Numbered from the stretch's first letter, positions 1 through 10,034 are shown. The stretch: 64,000 bases of DNA from Deltaproteobacteria bacterium (GCA_016183175.1 JACPFC010000026.1:41907-105906); one strand, 5' to 3'. Numbers and translations are program-made. The notes: generated by a model from the letters alone, not told the origin.

Positions 1-295
1 AGTCCATCAGCGCCGCGACTTCCGAGGCGTCAAAGGGGATATCCATCGTTGCCGCCTGGATCAGCCGCATGACCTCCAGCTTGTGGTCAAAGTAATAGTA
101 CTCGTCCAGCGGCGCCTCCCAATCATGACAGGGGGCTTTGCCCGAGCGTCTGATCAGGGTGTTGCGAAACGACTTCAAAAGCGGCAGGTAGGGGTTCTGC
201 GCAACGGTGACCTCCGGATGGACGCTTAAGATCATGTCCAGGAGGTTGGTCCCGCCGCGCGGGGTGCCGCTGATAATCAGGGGTCTTATTGGCAT
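1..295 (-). CDS. Sulfotransferase family protein, partial (C-terminus beyond window start)
   Basis: Minus-strand ORF starting at ATG 293-295 and running off the window. N-terminus MPIRPLIISGTPRGGTNLLDMIL carries the PAPS 5'-phosphosulfate-binding loop typical of sulfotransferases. Paralogous to the 13246..14445 gene. Confidence 0.6.
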   Translation of the reverse strand, partial: MPIRPLIISGTPRGGTNLLDMILSVHPEVTVAQNPYLPLLKSFRNTLIRRSGKAPCHDWEAPLDEYYYFDHKLEVMRLIQAATMDIPFDASEVAALMD

Positions 296-301
296 TGTGC
301 C

Positions 302-2212
302 CTACCTGACATCCCTCAAGTAGTCGCTGGCCCAATCCAGCATGCAGAGGGAAAAGAGGTCGTTTCGTTCCGATCCGGTTGCCTCTTTCCCGTCGAGATA
401 GTTCTTGGTCACGGTATTGATGTGGTTCATATCGAAGATCTCCGGGTCCAGCATCCGCTCGTAGAAACGACCGGCCAGTTGTTTCTTGTGATAGGAGGTA
501 AAGGAGGATCCGTACAGAATTTCGGCCGAATGGTTGAAGTTCGGGTCCACGTCATAGAGATAGGAATGGGGACCGACCTGGAGATGTAGAGGATAATCGA
601 TCTTGTTCTTGAGCATCCACTTCAGGGGGTATTTGGTCGGCCGGATGTCCAGGCCGCGGCCCCAATCTTCCGGCATCGCCGACAGAAAATCAATGAGGCG
701 GCTGTCCCGGAACGGTGTTTGGACATTGATCCCATACTTGTCTCCGGCAAGATCGATGCAGGCCACGGTGGATCCCTGCCAATGGAATGAATTGTACAGG
801 TGGAGGTACCAGGCATAGAGGGTTTCAGGGGTTGCCTCCCGGGAGGCCCTGGCCAGGTAAACCCCCATTGTTTCGTTGTGATGGTCCTGGCCTTTTTTGG
901 TGAGGAGTTTTACGTTCCGTCGGGAAAAGAGGGGGATTCGGCTGTTTCTCAAAAAGAAGCTTTCCAAAACCTGTCTCCGGATGGAGCCTCCACCCGCCGG
1001 TTCGTCGAATTCACAGCCTTTTGCGTTGGAGCGAATGAGGTTATAGATGGGGTCATTTTTAAAGGTTCCCTTTTCCAACAAACCGAGGAAGGTCGGTCCA
1101 TACAAATAGCTTGCCATTTTATCGGCATATTCACGAAATCCCAGATCGGGGTGAAAGACGGTGACGAATTGGCTGAACCCCAGATTGTGCGCCCCGTCGC
1201 TGATTTCACCGACAAACGCCGATTCGCCGCCGTCGGAGGTCTGGGCGATTTTTGCCGCCAGGCGCATGTGGTTCAAAGCGGTAATGCTTGAAATATGTTG
1301 CGATCGGAAGGCGCCGCGGCACTCCTCAAGGTATTCCGGCCCTTTTTTCCAATAGTCGAATTCCGCAATGTCCAGACGCACTCCAAAATAGTCCGCGACC
1401 TTTTTCGCGCGGTCCAGTTCGAACTGGTTGATGATGCCGCTCCGTTCGTTGTAGTTCATCCGTCCGATGACCGCGCGGACCTTCCGGGCGCCGAAAAGAT
1501 GAACGAGACAGGCGAGCAGAGAGGTCGAGTCCCATCCCGAGGAGAGATAAACGACGTTGCCGTAACGGGACCCCCGCTTTTCCACCGCATCGAGGAGCGT
1601 CTCCGAGTATTCCTCCAGTTCCCGATCGCCGTAAAGGCCGATGGGGGTCCCTTTGAATTCCGATTCCCCTATTTCAAGGGAGGTTCCCCGGAGGCGCGCG
1701 GTCTGTCCCACGCCGAGCCGGCTGATACCCGAGTAGAAGGTATGTTGCTTGGGGGGACGGTAGCCGTAGACGGTGAGAAAATGGGCGATCGCCTCCTGGT
1801 TGTATCGGCCGCACTTTCGAACCGGGAGAAGGTCAAGGTCGTTGGCCAGAAGAACCCCCTCCGGAGATTTCACGATGAAGAGATCCGACTGCGCAAACTG
1901 ATCGAGCGTTGTCTCACAGCCGCCCTCCCGGACGACGGCAAGGAGATAGCGTCCCTCGAAAACATTGCGGCACTCTTCCACGGAATGCGAAGAGATATAA
2001 TCCTGAAGAGAGCCCGGCGAGGCCCCCTCGAGGGCTCCGGAGGCGCTACGAATGCCGATAACCCGCCCCGCCAAAAAAGCGGATCGGCCGTCGGGGAAAT
2101 TCAGGCGGGTCACATCGGGATCGGCCTCAATGGTCAGATCGCCGGATTGGTATACTGCCGCAAGCGGGCTCTTCTCAAACCCCTTGCCTTTTCTGATTCT
2201 TAGTTTTTGCAT
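302..2212 (-). CDS. Asparagine synthetase-like amidotransferase (AsnB/WbpS/PseA-like), glycan-modifying
   Basis: 636-aa ORF with the SSGWDSTSL PP-loop (SGGxDS) motif of the asparagine synthase C-terminal domain. It sits in a nonulosonic-acid cluster. No Cys at position 2, so the class-II glutaminase nucleophile is apparently absent. Confidence 0.75.
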   Translation of the reverse strand: MQKLRIRKGKGFEKSPLAAVYQSGDLTIEADPDVTRLNFPDGRSAFLAGRVIGIRSASGALEGASPGSLQDYISSHSVEECRNVFEGRYLLAVVREGGCETTLDQFAQSDLFIVKSPEGVLLANDLDLLPVRKCGRYNQEAIAHFLTVYGYRPPKQHTFYSGISRLGVGQTARLRGTSLEIGESEFKGTPIGLYGDRELEEYSETLLDAVEKRGSRYGNVVYLSSGWDSTSLLACLVHLFGARKVRAVIGRMNYNERSGIINQFELDRAKKVADYFGVRLDIAEFDYWKKGPEYLEECRGAFRSQHISSITALNHMRLAAKIAQTSDGGESAFVGEISDGAHNLGFSQFVTVFHPDLGFREYADKMASYLYGPTFLGLLEKGTFKNDPIYNLIRSNAKGCEFDEPAGGGSIRRQVLESFFLRNSRIPLFSRRNVKLLTKKGQDHHNETMGVYLARASREATPETLYAWYLHLYNSFHWQGSTVACIDLAGDKYGINVQTPFRDSRLIDFLSAMPEDWGRGLDIRPTKYPLKWMLKNKIDYPLHLQVGPHSYLYDVDPNFNHSAEILYGSSFTSYHKKQLAGRFYERMLDPEIFDMNHINTVTKNYLDGKEATGSERNDLFSLCMLDWASDYLRDVR

Positions 2213-2829
2213 CGTGACTCCTTTTTTGTGTTGGTTTTTTCCCAGCGCATGGGCAAAACAGGGATATCGTTAATTTCCGCAAAGGGGGGAATCCACTCCT
2301 CTTTCAGGGCGCTGTAAATCACTTCATCCGCAAACCGGTTCTCGGCCGGAAGATACGCGTTCCCGCGCAGTTGGGCGTCTTTGCGCATCCGCAGTTTTTC
2401 CATGACGCGGATGGAGGCCCTGTTTTCGACAATCGCGCCGGCCTGAACCCGGTGGTACTCCCTTCTTTCAAAAAGATATCTCATGGCCGCCCCCACGGCC
2501 AAAGTGGCAATTCCCCTTCCCTGAACGTTTCTATCGCCGATGAGGTAAGAGATGTCAATCCACCTGTTCTCACGACTCCAGGCGGAGCAGGAGACATTGC
2601 CGATATGCCGCCCCTGATAATAAATCCCCCAGTGGTGGCGTTTTTTGGACTCGCAGTCCTCCAGAAACCGGATTACGTCCTCCTGCTTCAGCGGTTCGCG
2701 GCGATGACGGATCCCGAGATATCGGCGAATTTCAGGGTTGTTCAGCCAGGAGACATAATCCGGCGTCACCTCTTTATCCGTGAGAGGATTCAACCGGATT
2801 TCTTTTGCTATTGTTCCAGGCTGGTCCAT
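2200..2829 (-). CDS. GNAT family N-acetyltransferase (RimL-like; PseH-like candidate)
   Basis: ORF 2200..2991. The GNAT fold motifs (QGRGIAT...A) start after the internal Met at 2829 (MDQPGTIAKEI). The upstream extension overlaps the neighbouring neuB-like gene and is Arg/Pro-rich junk. Confidence 0.7.
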   Translation of the reverse strand: MDQPGTIAKEIRLNPLTDKEVTPDYVSWLNNPEIRRYLGIRHRREPLKQEDVIRFLEDCESKKRHHWGIYYQGRHIGNVSCSAWSRENRWIDISYLIGDRNVQGRGIATLAVGAAMRYLFERREYHRVQAGAIVENRASIRVMEKLRMRKDAQLRGNAYLPAENRFADEVIYSALKEEWIPPFAEINDIPVLPMRWEKTNTKKESRCKN

Positions 2830-3878
2830 CGGATCACGTCCCCCCCGACAATCCTGTGAATCGTTTTGCGGCCCACGACGGCGTCGAGAGACGGGGGCTT
2901 GATGCTTCCTTCCGGCGCCGGGCGGAGCACGTCGATATCTTTGCGTTGCAACAGATGACCTGCGGGCAGGTCGCATTTTGCCCGGAGACAACGCTGCTGG
3001 ACAACAAGACTCTCCCTCTCGTTTTCTTCAACCCGTTTCACCCCGTCTCCCAGCGAGACCTCCAGAAGCCTTGTCAGCTCCACCATTTCCCGCCACGTTG
3101 TGGGATTCATGGCGAATTTGTGGTCCGGCCCCTCGCGATTATTGTCATCCGTGAAATGTTTTTCCACGACCCTTGCTCCAAGGGCCACGGCTCCTAGGGT
3201 CGTAGCCGGGCCGAATGTATGGTCCGAGAGTCCAAGGACAAGATCGGGATAGAGAGATCGGTAGGTTTGGAGGACACGAAGATTCACGTATTTGTAGTTT
3301 TCCGGGCTTGCGGTGTAATTCGTGTTGCACTGCATGAGTACAAGATGGGGATTGATTTTAAGAATAGATTCGACAGCCAACCGGACATCATCGGGCGAAG
3401 CGGCCCCGGTGGCGAGGAGTACAGGTTTCCCTTTTCCCGCAATGTATTGGAGCATCTCAATCCAGGTAATGTCCCCCGAGCCTATCTTGTAGACATCGAC
3501 AAAGGGATCAAGATGGTCGACGCTCTCGAAGTCGTAAGGCGAGGAGAAATAATCGATCCCGACCCGGGCGCATTCTTCCTTTAAAACGGGGGTCCAGTCC
3601 CGTGAAATACTGTAGTCTTGGTAGGCCTCGAAGACCGATTTTTTCCAGCCGGACTGATGGGCCTGCCGCCGGCCAAGGTTCCTGAATCCGTAATCGCTCA
3701 CGATTTTGGGGGCCTGGAAATTCTGGAATTTGGCGGCATCGGCCTTCGCCTCTTTGGCCAGACCGATCAGTTTTTTTGCCCGATCCAGGTCTCCGTCATG
3801 ATTGGCGGCGATGTCCGCGACGAAGTAGGTCGGATGATCGGCGCCGATCTCCCGGCCGCTGATTTTGATGGTTCCCAT
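2808..3878 (-). CDS. N-acetylneuraminate synthase family protein (NeuB/PseI/LegI-type nonulosonic acid synthase)
   Basis: 356 aa. Has the IGxxHxxxxxxAxxLIxxAKxxGADAxKFQ N-terminus, a TIM-barrel region and a C-terminal SAF domain. Confidence 0.85.
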   Translation of the reverse strand: MGTIKISGREIGADHPTYFVADIAANHDGDLDRAKKLIGLAKEAKADAAKFQNFQAPKIVSDYGFRNLGRRQAHQSGWKKSVFEAYQDYSISRDWTPVLKEECARVGIDYFSSPYDFESVDHLDPFVDVYKIGSGDITWIEMLQYIAGKGKPVLLATGAASPDDVRLAVESILKINPHLVLMQCNTNYTASPENYKYVNLRVLQTYRSLYPDLVLGLSDHTFGPATTLGAVALGARVVEKHFTDDNNREGPDHKFAMNPTTWREMVELTRLLEVSLGDGVKRVEENERESLVVQQRCLRAKCDLPAGHLLQRKDIDVLRPAPEGSIKPPSLDAVVGRKTIHRIVGGDVIRWTSLEQ

Positions 3879-5644
3879 CAGATTTTCAAACTCGTATCCA
3901 GTTCGCTTCGGGACAACTTCGGCCGGATGTGCGCGTTCATCCTCGCCGTCTCCGGATGTTGATCCATATAATTCAGCGCCTCCCTCAAGTCCACCGGTTT
4001 CCCGGGCCGGTACAAGGCTTCGTGGAGCGCCTTGAAGAGGTTGAGATCCTCCTCGGTGTCGAGGGTCAGCCGGTAGTCCCGCCGATATTCGGACGGGGCC
4101 TCAAATTTATTCACGACAAAGGCGGTCTCATCATCCAGATACCAGGTGAGATATTCGGTGTTTTCGGGGTAGCCCGCCCTTTCAACGATGGTTTCCAGGG
4201 CCCGCAGGCTGATAATCTCCGTATCGCAACTGTAGGTAACCCCGGTCATCGCCGTGTAATCGGCGTGATTCTTCAGGTGGGATTCGATTGCCCGATCGAT
4301 CAGGGGAACGTCCCGCAAGAGGTCGTCTCCGGTGACGCGAACCACATGGTCGAGGCCGAATTTTTGTCCGGCGAGGAGCAACCGATGGGCTACATTTTCA
4401 TCCGGTCCCCGAAAAACCCGGATCCCCTCCCGGGCGGCAATTTCTGCAAGGATGTCGTCTTCCGGTTTTTCCGTGGTGCAGAGGATGACCTGGTCTGCCC
4501 GGGAACAGTGTTTCATCCTCTCGATCAAGAGGGCAATCGTTTCCCTCCCGCAGATCTTTTTCAAGGCCTTTTGGGGGAGCCGGGTGGATTGGGTCCTGCA
4601 GTTGATGAGAATCCCGACATTCTGCCGGATATCGAGACCGTTGATGAGGCTGTTTTTTCCTATTCGCCCGGCGGTCCGCCGCCGGGAGACAAAGTCCGAG
4701 GGGAGGGGATTGGAAAATTTCGTGGGGCGAACGAATTTCAGCTTTTCACACTCAAGGGGTGCGCCGGCCTCCAGCGCGCCGGCGGAAAAGTATGTCTTGG
4801 CCGCCTTTTCCCGATACCTCTGCCGCCCTTCCGTCCAGACGGGAAATTTACGGCTGACGGCCTCGAGCCCCCGGACGAGAGAGACGAGTCGGGCAAAATC
4901 CTCCGGTTCCACAGCCGACTCATAGTCCTCCCAGCGCCGGGAGCGGTCAAGGGTCAGATGTTTTTCGATGACGACCGCCCCGGCCCCGATGGCCGCCAAC
5001 GGAAAGGCAACGGCCAAAGGGTCTCCTCCGTCAATGTGATCGGCGCAACCGACGATCACGCCCATATCTTTATAGGTTTGGGAAAACCACCTGATCTCAT
5101 CCAGGCTGTGCTCCGAGGGAGGGGTCGGGAATAACTGGTGCCCCGGCAGGAAAACAACGGGGCTGTCGGGGGAAAATGAACGGATCCGTTTGACCGTTCG
5201 GTAGATTTCAACGCGTTTGTGGCCGCCAATGCCCAAAAGAACCGGCTTTCCCGACTTTGCAACCGCCTCCACGAGACAGGCGTTGTCCAGATCCGCCGCA
5301 TGCAGTTTGAAGGCATCGGTCCCGAGCGTTCGGGCCTCTTCAAAGGAATCGGGGCCGAAAATATCGGCAAAGATTGCTACTCCGGCCTCGCGCAATCTCG
5401 CGAAGATCTTCCTCCATGTGTCCATTCCGAATTCCAGTTTCTTGAAAAGGGCGTAATCGGCGTGGTCGGGGTTGCAAAGTTCGTCCGCCTTGTAGAACTG
5501 GAATTTGACGGCGTCCGCACGGCACCGGATGGCCGCGAGAACGAGCTCCAGACACTGATCCGGCGAACCCATGTGGCCCCCGGCAATCTCGGCGATCACC
5601 GTGTATTTCCCTCCCAAAAAAGATTTTTCAAGGGATTGGATCAT
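3878..5644 (-). CDS. Fusion protein: NeuB-like nonulosonic acid synthase (with SAF) plus C-terminal acylneuraminate cytidylyltransferase (SpsE/SpsF-like)
   Basis: ORF 3878..5893. The likely start is Met84 (MIQSLEKS, coordinate 5644), abutting the stop of the GT4 gene. The N-terminal half has VIAEIAGGHMGS...AVKFQ (NeuB). The C-terminal half has GILINCRTQSTRLPQKAL...VRVTGDDLLRD (CTP_transf_3 cytidylyltransferase). Confidence 0.75.
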   Translation of the reverse strand: MIQSLEKSFLGGKYTVIAEIAGGHMGSPDQCLELVLAAIRCRADAVKFQFYKADELCNPDHADYALFKKLEFGMDTWRKIFARLREAGVAIFADIFGPDSFEEARTLGTDAFKLHAADLDNACLVEAVAKSGKPVLLGIGGHKRVEIYRTVKRIRSFSPDSPVVFLPGHQLFPTPPSEHSLDEIRWFSQTYKDMGVIVGCADHIDGGDPLAVAFPLAAIGAGAVVIEKHLTLDRSRRWEDYESAVEPEDFARLVSLVRGLEAVSRKFPVWTEGRQRYREKAAKTYFSAGALEAGAPLECEKLKFVRPTKFSNPLPSDFVSRRRTAGRIGKNSLINGLDIRQNVGILINCRTQSTRLPQKALKKICGRETIALLIERMKHCSRADQVILCTTEKPEDDILAEIAAREGIRVFRGPDENVAHRLLLAGQKFGLDHVVRVTGDDLLRDVPLIDRAIESHLKNHADYTAMTGVTYSCDTEIISLRALETIVERAGYPENTEYLTWYLDDETAFVVNKFEAPSEYRRDYRLTLDTEEDLNLFKALHEALYRPGKPVDLREALNYMDQHPETARMNAHIRPKLSRSELDTSLKI

Positions 5645-6774
5645 TGCACCGCGGAATTTTTTTCCGGTCGCCGGCTTTTCCTGTTCTGATAATGCTCCCG
5701 GGCCATACGGTAGGCTCGCGGGATGTTTTGGGCATGGCGTTCCCAGTCCGCCTCTTTCATGATTTTTTTCCGATTTGCCGTTCCCATCTCTTCCCGCCGG
5801 GTTTTTCCGGAAACGGCGTTCAGGACGGCCGCGCAAATATCCTTCGCGCTGGCGCAATCGACCAGCCAGCCGTTTTCCCCATCCCTGACCCATTCAAGAT
5901 TGCCGTGTTCCCGGTGGACGATAACCGGCAGGCCGCAGGCCATCGCCTCAAGCAGGGAGACGGAACTCCCGTCCCGCAATGAAGAGCTGATGTAAAAATC
6001 GGAGGCGCCGTACCATACGGGAAGCTCCTCCTCGTCGATCCACCCGGGGGAGTGAATACTTCCGTCCAATTTCAACTGTTTGATCTGCTTACGGATCTCG
6101 TCCCGCAACGGGCCGTCTCCGGCCAGGATCAGCCTGACTTTCGGAAGTCGCTCCCGAAGAAGGGAAAAGGCTTCAACGAGAACCGGAATTCCATAATGGG
6201 GCAACCACGATCGCGTGGAAATCAACACCGTATTGTCGGTCCATCCCAGGCCTTGTCGAAGCGCGCGGGAACGGGTTCCGGGCAGATCCCGGAACCGATC
6301 CAGCTCCACTCCCCATGGGAACCGCATGGTCGGAATGCGGAGATCGGGCATCCATCCATCGAGTTTTTTCAGAACGGACCCGCAATCGACAATCAGTGCG
6401 TTCACCTCAAGAAGATTTCGGAGCAATTGTTCTCTTGAATCCGCCGTTTCCGAATCCATGGCCAGGATGTCGCTTCCCCATGACATTCCGACCAACGGCC
6501 GATCGATCTGTCCGACGATCCGGGGCAACACGCTGTTTAAAGGACCCGCGTGGACGACGTGGACATCGTGGCGCTCTGCGAGTTCCTGCCACAGGCTCAC
6601 CGGCTGACCGATTCCGGGCCAGAGAGCGACGGAAGGGGGAAGGGTCAGATTCTTCAGGACTTGAGAACCATTGACGGGGGCAAACCATGTCTTCCCGATC
6701 TGCCGGCCGATCGCCTTCAAAAACCGCCTGTCGTGCGGGGTATAGGATTCCGAAACGTAGAGAACGCTCCTCAC
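5641..6774 (-). CDS. Glycosyltransferase family 4 (GT-B)
   Basis: 377 aa, with the C-terminal GT4 signature ...SLLEAMACGLPVIV...GENGWLV. Confidence 0.8.
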   Translation of the reverse strand: MRSVLYVSESYTPHDRRFLKAIGRQIGKTWFAPVNGSQVLKNLTLPPSVALWPGIGQPVSLWQELAERHDVHVVHAGPLNSVLPRIVGQIDRPLVGMSWGSDILAMDSETADSREQLLRNLLEVNALIVDCGSVLKKLDGWMPDLRIPTMRFPWGVELDRFRDLPGTRSRALRQGLGWTDNTVLISTRSWLPHYGIPVLVEAFSLLRERLPKVRLILAGDGPLRDEIRKQIKQLKLDGSIHSPGWIDEEELPVWYGASDFYISSSLRDGSSVSLLEAMACGLPVIVHREHGNLEWVRDGENGWLVDCASAKDICAAVLNAVSGKTRREEMGTANRKKIMKEADWERHAQNIPRAYRMAREHYQNRKSRRPEKNSAVQ

Positions 6775-8174
6775 GATGCTGTCCCCAGAAGACCTGCCTT
6801 GACCAGGGCCTCAATTTGAGGGGCAAAACTCCAGACCGGCTGATTGGCGGATGAAGCGATACTGATGAGGTCCCGCTCCCCATTCGAATAAGCCAGCAGA
6901 TATCTTGTTCTCTCAACATCTTTTGGTAAAAATTGTCCCGCCCCGATCGTGGGATACAATTTATGTTTGCTCAAATGCGGTTCACAATAAGGGGATCGGT
7001 TCAGAAAAGTGTCGTTCAGTTCAAGCGCCTGAATAATCCTTAGGCACATTCTTAATGAATCCGCCATGGCGTCCGGCTTGACAAAATTCATGTTGTCGAG
7101 CGACGAATGATACTCCGGAAATTTCTGGTATCGGGACCTCATCAGCGATCCCACCGGAAGGGCGAAGCCGGGAGAGCAGTATTGCGTTTCATCACTGCCG
7201 CTGGGGAAAAAATCGACGATGTTCACCCGGCCGTCCTTTCCAAGATGGCCCAGACAATGTTCGGCCGCCCGGTCCGCGATGGTGTCGGCCCGCAACGACC
7301 GTTTGTAGGTGTAGGGGCCCGGATCGCCGACGCAGGTGAGCACATAACCGGCATGGAGTTTCTTGCGCAGATGGTCTCCTTCCTGATGCAGGTAGACGAT
7401 GGCGCCGATTGTCTCCGGGACGAAGACAAAGCGATACGTGTAGCGCAGTTTCATCGGCGAGAGAATGTTGCAGAGAAATGCGGTGAGGACGACTCCCGAG
7501 AGGTTGTCGTCCGCCTGCGAGGGATGGCAGATATAAGTCGAAAAGAGAATTTCCCTGTCTGAAAAACCGGGAATCACCGCATCGGCCAGGGTCAGAGAGC
7601 CTTGGGACAAACGGCTGTCGATGAAGACTTCATAGACATCATCCGGGAGGGAATCGAGCTGTCTTTGACTTAAGCAGAACCCCCATTGCTCCCGGTAATA
7701 GCTGGTCACATAAGGGATGGCGTCAGGCTGATCCGGATTCGTAAAAAGATGAGGGCGCAATTCCTCAAGGGTCAGTCTCCCCGAATACGGAATACTGTAG
7801 TTCAGCACATGCAAATTTGAATTCTTTAAATCCACGATCGTCTCGCCCCGTGAATTCCTGATGGAAGCCCCCTGAATATTCCATTCCCTGGGGACCTTCC
7901 AATCGAACGCCTGATACCCTGTAGGGATCTCCCGTCTTTTTATTACCGCAACCTCGCTTAAGATATCGAAGGCTTGGCGAACCCCGTTTCCGGTGAGGCT
8001 TAAAGGTAACGGAAAGAGTTTTTTCATAAGGCTCATCATGGCCTCGCCGAGGTTCTCGTCCTCCACCCTTTTGACGGCGCGTTCCATATTGTTCCAAACG
8101 GCAAAGATATCCTCTCTCCCGATTGCAACTGTGCCGGTGTCGTGTCGAAGCGCCATTTTGTCCGCTGTGTTCAT
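6771..8174 (-). CDS. Aminopeptidase-like (DUF4910/M28-like) domain protein associated with nonulosonic acid clusters
   Basis: 467 aa. Assigned by family resemblance to aminopeptidase-like domain proteins found in Pse/Leg loci; no catalytic motif was verified. Confidence 0.4.
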   Translation of the reverse strand: MNTADKMALRHDTGTVAIGREDIFAVWNNMERAVKRVEDENLGEAMMSLMKKLFPLPLSLTGNGVRQAFDILSEVAVIKRREIPTGYQAFDWKVPREWNIQGASIRNSRGETIVDLKNSNLHVLNYSIPYSGRLTLEELRPHLFTNPDQPDAIPYVTSYYREQWGFCLSQRQLDSLPDDVYEVFIDSRLSQGSLTLADAVIPGFSDREILFSTYICHPSQADDNLSGVVLTAFLCNILSPMKLRYTYRFVFVPETIGAIVYLHQEGDHLRKKLHAGYVLTCVGDPGPYTYKRSLRADTIADRAAEHCLGHLGKDGRVNIVDFFPSGSDETQYCSPGFALPVGSLMRSRYQKFPEYHSSLDNMNFVKPDAMADSLRMCLRIIQALELNDTFLNRSPYCEPHLSKHKLYPTIGAGQFLPKDVERTRYLLAYSNGERDLISIASSANQPVWSFAPQIEALVKAGLLGTAS

Positions 8175-8178
8175 GAGA

Positions 8179-9252
8179 CTAAACGGTTTTCATCTCAACA
8201 AGATCGGCCGCAAGCGGAGTCCCGCGCCGCACATCCCGCGTGAATCTCCTGTTTACGACCTCGGGATAGCGCCGGGGAGGCAGACCGTTTCCCGGGCGGA
8301 TCGACCGAACATTTTCCGATGAGATCCTGTCCCCCGCCTTCACATCCTGAACCACGAAAAGGGACCGGCGGAAGACCCGGTTGTTGAGTTCTTTTGCCGT
8401 GGGGTGATACCGCACCTGGCCCATGGCCTTCTCCACGGTGCGAATACCGTCCACGAGATCCCTGAATTCATGCGGCTCCAGGGAAAACCCTGCATCCGGA
8501 CTTTCCATGCCCCGGGAGAGGGTGAAATGCTTTTCAACGATGGAGGCGCCCAGGGCGACGCCGGCCACCGCCACCGCATGGCCTAGGGTATGATCCGAAA
8601 GACCACATGGAACGCCAAAATCTTCGATCATCTGTGGGATCGTCTTGAGATTCATCTCCTCGGGAGGGGCAGGGTAGGCGCTGGTGCACTTGAGAAGGGC
8701 TATTTGCGAATTACCGGTAGCACGGATCGCCCGGACCGCTTCTTCAATCTCCGATCGCTCCGCCAATCCGGTTGACAGGATAATCGGCCTCCCTTTCCGC
8801 GCGATATATTGAATCAGGGGAATATCCACCAACTCGAACGAGGCGATCTTGTACGCCGGAACGCCGATCTCTTCCAGAAAATCGACCGCCGTGACATCGA
8901 AAGGGCTCGAAAAACAGTGCAACCCGAGCTGATCGGCCAGACGCTTCAGCCTGGGTTGCCAATCCCACGGGGTATAAGCCTTGCTATACAGCTGGTATAA
9001 GGTCTGGCCGGCCCAGTTGTTCCCCGCGCCGATCTGAAAATGGGCGTTATCGCAGTCAATGGTCATGGTGTCCGGGGTGTAGGTTTGCAATTTGACGGCA
9101 TCGGCCCCCGCCTCTTTGGCCGCATGGACCATTTTGACGGCGGTCTCGTAGCTCTGGTTATGATTGGCCGATATCTCTGCCACGATATAGGCCGGCCGCC
9201 CCGTTCCTATTTTTCGGCCCTGGATTTCTATAAAAGGCGACGGCGTCGTCAA
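8179..9252 (-). CDS. Pseudaminic/legionaminic acid synthase (NeuB family, second full copy)
   Basis: 357 aa. YIVAEISANHN...ADAVKLQT NeuB N-terminus plus SAF C-terminus (VFRRSLFVVQDVKAGDRI). Confidence 0.85.
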   Translation of the reverse strand: MTTPSPFIEIQGRKIGTGRPAYIVAEISANHNQSYETAVKMVHAAKEAGADAVKLQTYTPDTMTIDCDNAHFQIGAGNNWAGQTLYQLYSKAYTPWDWQPRLKRLADQLGLHCFSSPFDVTAVDFLEEIGVPAYKIASFELVDIPLIQYIARKGRPIILSTGLAERSEIEEAVRAIRATGNSQIALLKCTSAYPAPPEEMNLKTIPQMIEDFGVPCGLSDHTLGHAVAVAGVALGASIVEKHFTLSRGMESPDAGFSLEPHEFRDLVDGIRTVEKAMGQVRYHPTAKELNNRVFRRSLFVVQDVKAGDRISSENVRSIRPGNGLPPRRYPEVVNRRFTRDVRRGTPLAADLVEMKTV

Positions 9253-10034
9253 TGGAGCCCCCTCTCCCTTCTCATCTCTTCTTCTCTCAATAGGGAGATC
9301 CGTATGTAGATCTTCTCTCCCTTCTCCTCAAAATAGGCCCCCGAATAGGGCGCAAAGGTCCGGGCACGGAGCAGGTTGATCAAGTCCCTCGCGCGGTAGT
9401 GCTTGTCCAGATCGATAGGATCGAGGGTCTGCAGATCCCGGGCACGGTGGAACGTCCCTTCGCCTCGCTGTTGAGGGGTGGAGGGGAGTCTCTCTCCCCG
9501 CCGGATCCGGGGCCAGGTCTTTTGAAACAGGGAGAGGGAGGCCGCCTCCAATTTGCCGTATAACGATGCCCCGGTATCGGTCCAGGCCGCCTCAACCCGC
9601 TCCTTTGCGATAATCCCGCCCGTATCCATCCCTTCGTCCATGTAATGGAGGGTCACCCCGGCCGGTGTCCCTTCAACAAGGCTCCAGACATTGGGATGGG
9701 CCCCCCGGTTATAAGGGAGATAACCCGTATGAAGATTAAGGCACCCCAGGGGGAAGAGCCCGATAACGGCCGGTTGTAAACGATAGCCAAAATTGATGCT
9801 GATGCCGACATCGGGTCGGAGCTCCCGGAGACCGGCGATTGTCCGGGTCTCTTTGAGCGATGGAGCCGGCCAGATCCGGTCCTTGCCGAGCTCTGCCGTT
9901 CGGACAATATCCGATACATACCTTCCCTTTTCGTCGGGATGGATCACCAATCCCACAACCTCTTCCCTCATCTCTTTAAGCCAACGGAGGATGTTGAGGC
10001 CGTTCCGATTGTTGCCGAAATAGACGATGCGCAT
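9249..10034 (-). CDS. Formyltransferase (Fmt/PurN fold), probable amino-sugar N-formyltransferase
   Basis: 261 aa with the formyl-transferase catalytic motif NLHTGYLPYNRGAHP (HxSLLPxxRG type). Confidence 0.75.
   Translation of the reverse strand: MRIVYFGNNRNGLNILRWLKEMREEVVGLVIHPDEKGRYVSDIVRTAELGKDRIWPAPSLKETRTIAGLRELRPDVGISINFGYRLQPAVIGLFPLGCLNLHTGYLPYNRGAHPNVWSLVEGTPAGVTLHYMDEGMDTGGIIAKERVEAAWTDTGASLYGKLEAASLSLFQKTWPRIRRGERLPSTPQQRGEGTFHRARDLQTLDPIDLDKHYRARDLINLLRARTFAPYSGAYFEEKGEKIYIRISLLREEEMRRERGLH

Noticed and set aside
1295-2203. 302-aa plus-strand ORF antisense to the asparagine-synthetase gene. Other long antisense ORFs behave the same way: 3929..5134+, 13423..14427+, 20285..20818+, 22650..23525+, 36539..37543-, 39552..40475-, 60380..61819-.
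   Set aside because: High-GC genomes give long spurious ORFs on the opposite strand of real genes. None shows domain motifs; all are Arg/Gly/Pro-rich low-complexity translations. All overlap confidently assigned genes.
3878-5893. Full-length 671-aa ORF start for the NeuB-cytidylyltransferase fusion.
   Set aside because: The first 83 codons are Arg/Gly-rich, overlap the GT4 gene, and precede the conserved NeuB N-terminus. Start trimmed to Met84 (5644).
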